Positions 13,507 through 23,500 of a DNA stretch of 64,000 nt are shown here, piece after piece (the stretch's first letter is position 1; each line of letters begins with the position of its first letter). This stretch comes from Marsupella aquatica (lineage: Eukaryota; Plantae; Marchantiophyta), in NCBI GenBank assembly GCA_973895155.1, contig OZ316897.1:6872470-6936469 (forward strand), in the 5' to 3' direction. The translations under genes were made by a program, and so were the position numbers. The notes beneath the pieces were generated by a model. That model ran no database searches and was not told the origin of the DNA. It saw only the letters and a list, made by a program, of their open reading frames with translations.

Positions 13507-16500
13507 ATGGAGGTATTCTCCTCTTCATCCAGAGGGTATAGTGCTGTTCCTGACCAAGAGCGAGCTTATTCTGAATCCTCGTAGTCTTCATTTACTGGTT
13601 CAGTTTATACACGTCGTGTAACTCGTTCGACAAAGTTGCTACCTCCTACTTCTGTTAGCGCTGTTTTGGTTCCTAAATCTCTGCGTAGAAAGATGGAGAA
13701 CCTCGACACGATTGCGATCCAAGATGTTTTGGACTGCGCACTCGTGGAGACTGATCTCATCTCAAAACATGTCATGTGTTTTGGAAAGGATTCTCATGGA
13801 TTTGACAAGGAGCCGCCTCAAATCCCTCTATGCCGATTGGTTCATATGGAGGTGGTTCATACTTTGCAGAAAGATAGTTCTTCCATCGAGAAGCTGAAAG
13901 ACTCATTTCGCAGTATGGGTTACAATTCATCCATAGGAATGCGTTTCTATGTGCAGCCAACGGATGAGAATGGAATTGTTCTGACCTGTACCCAGGAAAT
14001 TTGCGAGTCATGGGATCCAATTTGGCAATTGGAGAACGAGAAGTTTGAGGCTGAATGCGAGGCCGATCCAGATTTTCTCGTGTTGAAGGATAAGATGTTC
14101 TCTGTCTTTGATGGAAATCACAGGCTGTACTCATGGACGCTTGTTACCGAGGAGAACCCTGACAGTCCAAAATACCATCCTCAAGTGCTCTGCACAATAT
14201 TTAAGGGAGACAAGGGATCTCTTATTGAAATTGAGGCAGTTATGCACACCGTGAATCAGTAAGTTCTCATTCTTTTCCGGTACCTTCTTTGAATCTTGCG
14301 AGTGTTCTATTTAAGAGCGCTCGGCGCTAGTTATAGATAAATTGTACTTTGACTCTAACTCGCTGCATCTCTTCGTGTAGGCTTGGCCAAGCAGTTGTTG
14401 AGCCATCCTGGATTCTCGATGCAGATAGAATCAAACAAATTCTTGTGCATGACCTTGAGTATTACAGTAAACTGATTGACCCGGCTAATTTCAAGAAGTT
14501 TGAGAGCATTTGGCTAAAGACTCGGAAGGGGTCATGGTATACGAAGAAGATGCCACAGGAAGCTCTTGTTTACATTCTATGTGAGAATAAGATAAAGTCC
14601 TATTCTCACCAATTCAAGCTTGACATGGAGGCAGCCGAGGCTCAAGGGAGTCCCTGGTTGATGGACGAGATTTCCAAACGCCATGCGGCCATGATGAAGG
14701 ACACGACCAAAGACTGGGCAGTGAAGTCCTCAAAAATTACGCCCTTGTTAAGTCCTAAATTTGAAGATTTTCTTTGTACATGTGCAGAAATGTATGCTGT
14801 CACAAAGAGAAACAAGAGAGAGAAGAAGCCTGACGCCGTCGTATGTACAATGGACCGTGCCCGATTGTTCACTGCTATTTCTGCCCTAGACCCAAAGTTG
14901 CGGAGCATCCTACTTGTGGCACATTGCAATCCTGAGCTGTGGAGACAGTTTTTCCACCCGGCAAGTGTTAACGACGACCCAGTCAAACAATGGTGTCATA
15001 CTTGGATCACTTGGAATAGTGTAGAGGGAATTGTTGTCGGCATGTTACATTCATGTCTGCGTGAAGTAGAGCAAACTATGCCCGCGACTAGATTGGAAGA
15101 GTGGAATTGTGGTTCGTTTGATGATCTCGTTCAGTTTGTTACAAATGAATTCAAGAGATATGGTGATTTTGTGAAGAGTAAGTTCTTTCACATTATATGG
15201 CCTTCAAAGTATCCAGAGAAAGAAGACTATACCCAGAAAAACCAGAAGCGGGCTAAAAGGTATCTTTACAGGTTCTACATGCACATGGAGGTAACCAAAC
15301 CTGATTACTTCTGGGCATATCCTGCAGCTTTCATGAAGTGGATTACAATAAGTGAGGATGACGCCATAGCTGATTTGTACTCCATGTACCCAGCGGAGGG
15401 CATATTTCCTCCAAGACCTACGACAGAATGGGAGAGAACTCACTGCCCCTGGTATCTAGGTACAGATAGATGGGATTCTCCTTTTGATCAAAGGGAGAAA
15501 GATGCATTCCATAAGCTTTCAAAGTCCCACATACCAGCAAAAATTGTGTCCGACATGAAGCAGGGCCTGCTAGATGATGTAGACAAGTCTGCCACTGACT
15601 TGCAAAGTATCTGTGAAACGACTATTGTTCATGTGGACTGAAGTCGCAAACCTGGAGCGAAAGCAAAAGTGGAGTTAGCAGCACCAAGCGAGCCAACAAA
15701 ATCTGGGAGGAAAAGCGAGTATAGTGTTCCCTAGTATGGCCAGCGCCTGGCGCTGGCTTGAACTATCATGCGAATTCACATTTCTTTCTACATTCTTAGG
15801 CCTTTGTTGTAACCTAAGTGATTTGCATTTGGTTAGCGCCTGGTGCTAGCTTGTTTGAATACTCAGGATTTACTTGTTCTAACTAGGACCTATTGGTAAT
15901 TTAGGAGGGAGGAAGTCTAATACTGCGGGAACAGGAGATACTAAAGTGGATGCTACACCTGAAGTTTTTGAGGCAAACACCGGAGCTCGATCGGACCCCA
16001 TTACTCCTGTCGACAAGGGGAAGGTAATAGTTCCGATTGACGCCACAAGTACCAGGAAGAAAAGAAAGAGAGCTATCGAAGGTGGACCTTCTTCAAGGGA
16101 GAGTGTTGCAGCATCTGGTGTCCAACGTGAAGTTGGAAACTTCAAAACTAGAGTGTCTCGTCATGCCATGGTTGAGACAAGCATATCCGAATTTTTTGAC
16201 TCGACTTTCAACAAGGGGGAAAAACCTGAATGGGTTAGTAATGTGGAGAAGTGGGGGAAGGATCTCGTTAAGTCGGGATATAAAGAGAAGGGTGTTGTGC
16301 GGGGAGGAAAAGAAAGATCATTTGGAGTGGATGCGGGTTTCATTTACCTACCAACCGGGTTCAAACCAACAATCATAGATAAGAAGGTTCCTAAATGGAA
16401 CACTCCAGATCACTCCATGGCTAGATCTTTTTTCAAGTCCATGGATCCATTTCTATCAGATGATGGATTCCTTGCAATTCTACACAATGGGGAGTATGAT

Positions 16501-17690
16501 CCCATGTCTCAAGTCATTGCTGCATGTCAGGAATCGAGAAAATTTCAGTGCATATGCACGCATAATGTTGTAATGTTTGTCCCGATGTACGCGGCAAAGA
16601 CAGACCGTCAGGTAATCATGTACTCTTAACTATGTCGCATTTTGAAATATAACTCGTTTAACCTGGAGTTGCCAACTGACACTTGGGATTGCTTTCCGCA
16701 GATGTTTACCCTCAGGCTGGACATATTTGGTCGAATTAATGGGAAATGCAAAATTCCCAAAGATCCTAAATTCCGTCCACTCTCCATCAGTGAGGACCCC
16801 TCGGTCACCAATTTGATCGGACTCCCTTCTCTCAAATCCGATCCATACCCGCAAATGGAGTTTTTTGGAAATGCTCGCCTGTCTGTTGGGTTTATGCAAT
16901 CTGTCATTGAGCTTGTCACCCGACCTCATGATATTTTTATGGATTGGACCGCTGGGGCTGGAAGCTCCTTCATTGTTGGAGACTTCTCCGGGAGGTTTGT
17001 GCTCGAGATAGAACATAGAAAAGAATTTATTGAAACCACTTCGAAGGTTTTCATGGATTTGTTGTCTCCCAAAGAGATTGCGGTTTTACCTCCACCTATT
17101 CCTATTGCCGACAGAAATAAGCGAGATAAGCTTCGGTCGGTACTCAATTTTGATTCTGATGACGAGTCCAGTGAAGGTGGAGATGGAGAGGAACAAGGTA
17201 CAGGGGACTCGGAGAAGGAAAAGGAAGAACCTCGTCGATCTCCTGATGAAACCGATAGTGATGACTCTTCCGAGTAATGTTCATAAACTCGTAAGCTTCT
17301 TTCTCCATTCCAGTCAATTTATAACATTGATGTATTGTTTTGGAGAAAGGCACCTAACTTCCTGGATTTTGTTTGATCAGGTCAGAGTGGAATGCGAGGA
17401 GACGTTTCAAACTGCGAAGAAGGGTTGCTAGACACAACATAGAAACACCAGAAAAACCTTTTGTTATTCCCTCCTATGCAGAGAAAGCCGCAAGGAAAGC
17501 CGAGAGTACAAGGACGCTTTGCTGGGAAAACAAAGGTCTTCGGTTACGAAGGGGTGTTGACAGGAAGTTCATTAAACATCCTTATGTTGATGACTTCTCC
17601 CGCAGCCAGTACGTAGATGACGAGGTTGTGTCCACGGACAAATCCGAGAGTACAGATTCTGGTTCCGAATCAGAATCTGCAGAATTGTGA
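13507..17690 (+). pseudogene. ParB/Srx-like plus N4/N6 DNA-methyltransferase-like protein; 5 exons (introns about 14259-14380, 15715-15886, 16612-16701, 17274-17380)
   Basis: KLKDSFRSMGY...FSVFDGNHRL is ParB-like. VDAGFIYLPTG...FLSDDGFLAI and RLSVGFMQSVIELVTRPHDIFMDWTAGAGSS...SGRFVLEIE follow the beta-class MTase motif order. Splicing restores frame (intron 2 needs a GC donor). In-frame stops at 13582 and 15639. Confidence 0.78.
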
Positions 17691-18306
17691 CACGTATTGA
17701 GGAATTTAGGGAGTAATTTTTTACCAGCGCCTGGCGCTAGTACCAACTTGTATTCAAATCCTCTCATTGAATCCTTATAAATTAATGTCTGATTCCTTGT
17801 GTTTTTTACAAGCGCCAGGCGCTCGCCAAATGGTGATTCATAAAGTGAATATTTTCGGCTCTTATTTGTTTAACATGGCCGTTTGGTCTTTGTCGTGTCC
17901 TACCAACGGTCATCAGAATGAGACAAATAGTAGTCAATACATAGTATAATATACGTTTTGGATACCAACGGCCATTTCATTTAGGTCCGTTATTTTTCCA
18001 AAGAAACCCACATCGGCTGTATTCGGACGACATTTTTGGATCTCTAGGATGACATTCGAATCTCTTGTTGACAGCTTTTTTGTACGACATTTTCGGATCT
18101 CTTGTTGACGGCATCTCTCTCGGACGATATTTTAGGATCTCTTTTTGACGACAGTTTTCAAGGACGACACTTGTCACAGACGACAAGTTTTCGGACAGGC
18201 GACTATTTTGAGACCGACACCCGTTTGCAGCCACTTTGCGGACCTTTTGCGTACATTTTTTGCATTTTTTAGAGGGGAAGTTGCCACTAGATCGGATTTA
18301 TTAAAC

Positions 18307-18768
18307 ATGGAGAGAAACGGTGAGCTCATGGATTGGGAGGCAGCGTTCCTCCCTTCTCGTGTGCGTCCGGAAGAGAGCCATTTCAGTTCTTTTGAGTCAC
18401 GGATGGATACTGAAGAGACTGAAACCTCTACTTTCCGAAACCGTCACGCTCTACCGTATGATGAGGCTATTAGTCCTGGAGAAAAGAACATCCCGTGGAT
18501 CATCGATTCTCCACCGCTCCCATTCGCAAGCAGGATCTCGTCTCATGAGGCTGTTCCTGTTGATGGTGTATTGCCAATGAATAGGAGAGTTCAAGAAATG
18601 TTTGGGCGAGTTGACTTTAAGGACAGTAACATTCCCAATGAAACTTATACGAGGGCAGTGCGTCGGGGTCCTTCTGAGAGATACATTCGATTGCGTGGTC
18701 TTGGATTCAAGAAAAATCGGAGGAGAGAAGCAGTTGGAGTGGAGGATGATTGCAACTCTGAAAGCTAG
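18307..18768 (+). CDS. Hypothetical 153-aa protein inside MULE-1
   Basis: Open ATG-initiated frame between palindrome copies; no recognised domain. Confidence 0.35.
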   Translation: MERNGELMDWEAAFLPSRVRPEESHFSSFESRMDTEETETSTFRNRHALPYDEAISPGEKNIPWIIDSPPLPFASRISSHEAVPVDGVLPMNRRVQEMFGRVDFKDSNIPNETYTRAVRRGPSERYIRLRGLGFKKNRRREAVGVEDDCNSES

Positions 18769-19411
18769 ATGAAATCACTTATTTGTTGTTCCTCCCATTT
18801 TTCACGAAGAACGACATCGCATTGTTCAGTTTGGTGATCACTTTAAGCTAGCGCCGAGCGCTGCTTAAGCTCTTTCAATGTTTCAGGATGGAGTCGCCCT
18901 CGGCTTAGTTTTTAGGGTTTTCCCCGGATGTTGTCTTCAGGAATTCCATAGTTTTTCCTGTAGTTGTTGGCTAGCGCCCAACACTGCTTTTGTTTTACTG
19001 GAAATCCTCAGTCGGGGTCGACCGTGGCTTCTGTATATCAGATTTCTAGGCCTGCAGGTTTTAACTTATATGTGCGTTTTTTGGACCTATGCCGAACGCG
19101 TTATGTACTTTGAGATTATATATGGCAGTTTTATTTTTCCCCTACGCATTTTGACATATATTGGTCTCGGATTTTGTTTATCTCAATTGTGAGACGGTTT
19201 TATTTGTTGTAAAATACATGATTCCTTCTAGTCCAATTTCCTTTCATGCGAATTTGATCGTCTTGATTTCTATACCAGTAGTTTGAAACGCATATTTTGT
19301 CCACTTTTTTCATGATCACTGTTCACTGCTACCCAAACACTGTTCATTGGTAACAGTTTCTTTTTGCTGATAACAGTAACTGTTTGCTGTTACTGTTATC
19401 TGTTTGCTGTC

Positions 19412-19792
19412 GTTTGTAAATTCCCCGTCCTCTTCTGATTCCACTGTGTCGTAAAAAGCATCAAGGTCTTCCAAAATCTCTTGAACCATTCTTGGGACAT
19501 CCATCCCACTGTCCTCAGTGACTGCCTCTACATCTCCATCTTGGTCATCCACGTTCTCATGTTGTACCCCAGGACCATCCTCTGCACCGTCTATGTCCTG
19601 CTCTATGTAGTCTCTACGCCTAGCTATATTAGAATCCACAAAGTTAGCTCTCCACTCTTCATCAGAGGAGTCTTCTTCTGCTGGTACATTCCAAACCCTC
19701 CACCGAGGGTGCCTTTCATGCCGCAGCAGGTGAAGGTGCACAGTGTTCAAACTCAATGACTTGAATCCTTGGCACTATGTGCATGGGCATCT
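19412..19792 (-). pseudogene. CACTA transposase N-terminus (transposase-associated domain)
   Basis: The minus strand reads CPCT*C...TVHLHLLRHERHPRWRVW, followed by an acidic linker. Cut by the LTR at 19793 and by MULE-1 at 19411. Confidence 0.7.
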
Positions 19793-22700
19793 TGTGGTGC
19801 GTCCCCTGCCTCCCCAAACCAAAGAAACCCCCTTGCTCAAGCCGATTCCCATAGGTTTCGTCCTTGGCAAGGCCGTTTCCGCGGCTTAGCGGCATGGGAC
19901 GCTGCTAATTTCTCCTTCAACTACTTCTCTTAACATTTTACACACATATACTGGACAGATCCTTCATTGGGTCATGAGATACTTAGCCGGCCTATTCTAG
20001 TCCCTCCCTTGTATTCCTCTCCTGGTCTTCCATTAGGTATGTTTGGATTCCACCGCCGGAATGATCCCCAATTGGCTTGGTTAAGCCGCTAAGACCTCTC
20101 TCAGCTCGACACATCCAACTCTCACTTCCCTGCTTACTTCTATTCCTCTATTAGTTGATGTGGGCACTCTTCACACAAGTTAATGCGACACACAAATAGC
20201 AAAATGACTCCTTCTGACTGAGTTATACCATGCACTTGCCATACAAACAGTACATCTCATACACAAGCTCTGCGAACTAAGCCGTGAGGCCAACTCTATT
20301 CAGTTCTTAGGTATGAGGAAACATGAATATACACAAGGGTCACTGTATAACTAACCGACAGCTTCTCTTACTACTTGATCCCAGCCCTGCTGGTGCAACT
20401 AAAAACTTGCTAAAGAAGAGGCCCTGAACTCCCCGCAGCCCAGGTACTTATCCTGGTTGTGGATCCGCCTGATTCCTTGCAGCGTAAGCCTAATCTATTG
20501 TAATCTACCTAACTATAATTTACCTATGTACAGCGAGGCAGGAGCACAAGTGTCGGCCTCAGCATCGGTCACGGCCGTTGATACGGCTACGGCCTCCCCG
20601 ACATGTTCTAGTGGAGGATCCGGTACCTCGGCAGCATTATTGGTTCTCCCAGCCTCGGCCTTGCCATCTCCATTTCCTAGGACTAGTGGATCCACCGCCG
20701 TGCCGATGCCGGAGATTGGTGTCGGGTTTATCTTCTCGGTCACAACGGCTTGAGAAGCCATATAACTTCCAGACCTAGAAGGTTTCCGCTTCTTCTTCTT
20801 CCCTATTTCGACAGCCGGTTCCTTCCCCTTGCCACTTACCTCCGGCACCGGGGTGAGTGTCCCGGCTTGTCCTGCGGCCAATACTACCCCTGGTAACTGG
20901 GTTCCCCCAATTGGAGTTGGACCTGATGAAGCCAAGCATTTAAATACTGTGGCTTGTGTCTTCAGCCGCTCCGTTTGGTTGTCGGCCCGCCGCTGTAGGT
21001 TCTCCATCTTCCTCGTGATTTCCTCCAACTCCTCCTGGGTCTCGTCTAGGTCCTTGCGTGCCTCCTCCAGCTCCTTATTGGCTTCCTCCAATTATTTCTT
21101 TAAGGTAGCCCTCTCCTCCTGGGTTGCTCTTAGCTCCTTACCGAGCTCCGTTACGACCACAGACTCCATCTTATTCATCTTGGCATAAGTCTGGTCGAGC
21201 TGGTCGTCCTTTTCACGCAGGTCGGCCTTGAAGCTGGCTGTCAGGGACGCAAGCTCCTGCTGCAGCGTAATAATCCCTTGATAGGATTTCCCTAACTCTG
21301 CTTCCTTCTGCTCAAGGGCTCCCCTTTCAACGCCCTCTCCCTTCTCTGAGTCTCCGCCATGGTCCGGTTGTTGGCGGTTAAATGGGCCTCCTCTGCGTCC
21401 CTTAGCTCCCGCTTCCATTTCTCTCTTTCTTTGATTGCGCCGGTCAACTCTCCTTGGGTCCGAGTCAGTTTATCTTTGATAATCTGATTGTCAAACTGAG
21501 CGATATCCAACTGCCCCTGCATGATGTTTAGCTCATGCCGCTTAATCCGCAACTCATCTTGGGCTTTCTTGGCCGCCTTCAGGTCTTCCACCTCGGCTTC
21601 CATCTCCCTAAGCCGTCGGATGACCTCGTCCTTCTTGCTTCTCTCCAAGGCCACCGCTTCTTCTAATCGGTGCTTTTCCAACATCCCCCTCTGGAAAAAG
21701 GGTCCCTGCTCCAACTCCTCCCCAAAGATGCTGAGCGCTAGGTCCCCACACATCTCCCCGTACTCCATGGCTCTATCCTTAGCATAGGTGGAGTAACTAG
21801 AAGTCATCGGCATCAACCACCGCGGCCTCTGCTCCCAAGCCGTCTTGCGGATTTCTTCTACGGTGGCAAGAGGGTTGCTTCTTTTTTTGGCAAGCCGCCT
21901 GATGTCCTCCGGCCAATCTCCTCTTGGTAAATCCTTCTCTCTAGCCAGGGCTGCCTTCTCTTCCTCCCTAAGTCGCTCCTGAAATTTTTGTGCCATCTGC
22001 TTTATGCCGTTAAAGCTCGGGGGAGCAACCTCTGGTGGGGGAGACTCGGGGTTACTCTGTTGGGTGGGGTCCCCTCGAACTACTCTTGGAAGCGTGGGGA
22101 TAAATCGGCCACAGGTCCTTACTCCTGGAACATGATGATCGGACCCATAGCCGGAGTTATCATTGTTGTAGTCCTCCACCGCCTCCTCCACTACTTGGAC
22201 TCCCGGCTCCTCTGCCTCTGATTCAAGGCTTGAGGCTCCCACGTACATTCGCACTCCCGGCTTGTGTTCCGGCCTCAATCTCTCCTTGGTTCCGGTAAAG
22301 GGGTTTTCCCTTCTGAGTTAGCTTAGGTCGACCTTTGGGGCAGCGTCCTGTATTGGTGCCGTTGCTGTTGCTGTTGCCGTTGCCTTTCTCTTTTCCTTCT
22401 CCAGCAATTTCAGCAGATTTTGCATGCCTGGTTGCTGCATTGGCAAGTCTTCTTTCCTTGGCCTAAACACCTGCTCGATCGTCGGACTGTCGGGCTGGTT
22501 GGGCTTCTCTGGTGCCGGCCCCTACTCTGGAACTTCCTCCGATGCCCTTACCGATAGGGGAAGTACTGGGGCAAAGATTTGACTTTTGGCATACCGGCAC
22601 AACAACGGCATGTGATAGCCAAGCCGGGACACGCTTACCACGCCGATCACCTGCTGTTCCTCCTTCAAGATCTTCTTCAGTTGGTTGAGGAGGTACCCGT

Positions 22701-23500
22701 TGTAATCCCGGCTTGGGTCTAGCCTTTCTGCCAGGTAGACCTGAGCCTTGCCGATCTCTGCCCTCGGCAAGTTACAATGCATGGTCACTCGCAAGAAATC
22801 AATCATCTCTCCGATGTGCGGGTTGGTGCAGGTGTTCCGGAAGAAGCCATTCTTCGTTGATGGTCCTGGGAACGACCGGAACTCCTTGTTAGGTAAGGTC
22901 TTCTTGGTATCAACCTTGGTCTTATTACCCATCGGCAAGCCAAACACCTCAGCAATCACCCGGGGAGTGAGATAGAAATCCTTCCCATACACCCTCGTGG
23001 AATTGGTCTCGGGTTCCCATGATCCCACGAATTCTAATAAGTTTGAGTCCGGCACCTTTGGCTTCAGCCATGGTAATCTTACGAAGGCTTCCAAGCCGGA
23101 TCCGGCCATGAAGCCCTGGTACTTCTTGGTCTGCATGGCCGTAAAGCATGCATCCTCCTCCCGTGCAAAGTGTAATTGCACTTCCTCCGGTAGGGTCGCC
23201 GCCCAGCCTTTCCAGGTGTCATCGTTTGTTGGAATGGCATTGATGGGATCGATCTCTTCCTCTTCGGCTTCTCCCTGCCTGCTGCTCTGCTGCTCTGCTG
23301 CTTTGCTGCTCTGCTGCTCTGCTGGCTTCCTTGGTGATGTCAACCTCGTTCTTTTTGCCGGGGTGGCCTCTTCGTTGTTGTTTCCTTTCCTCTTCATCTA
23401 AAGGTCGTCGAGCTGATTGGCAGTAGGAGTCCACAAGAACTCGGCCTTGATAAGTTTAAACTATTTAAACTGGCTTAATGATTCCTGGCTAGGCATCACA
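19793..23500 (-). repeat. 3' LTR of A' (internally deleted, 3.7 kb) with remnants of the LTR ORF at 20513-23397
   Basis: Starts TGTGATGCCTAG right after the PPT and ends CACCACA. Matches 46946 onward. Deletions at about 20552, 23398 and 23455. Confidence 0.9.

Larger units (their letters stand above)
8692..18986. repeat. Dispersed palindrome TAGCGCC-N-GGCGCTA (about 14 copies, all non-coding)
   Basis: Copies at about 8692, 10383, 12821, 12884, 13011, 13157, 13219, 14315, 15741, 15834, 17725, 17810, 18849 and a degenerate one at 18972. Confidence 0.9.
8119..19411. mobile_element. Mutator-like DNA transposon MULE-1 (transposase, ParB/MTase-like gene, small ORF)
   Basis: Imperfect inverted ends of about 80 bp (GACAGAAAACA...CTGTTACCAAT on the left; reverse complement GACAGCAAACA...CTGTTACCAAT on the right), flanked by CACTA transposase halves. 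No TSD is visible, so the boundaries are approximate. Confidence 0.72.

Noticed and set aside
13507-17690. Bacterial or phage contamination as the source of the ParB-MTase gene
   Set aside because: The gene has conserved spliceosomal introns and sits inside TIR elements nested among plant retrotransposons.
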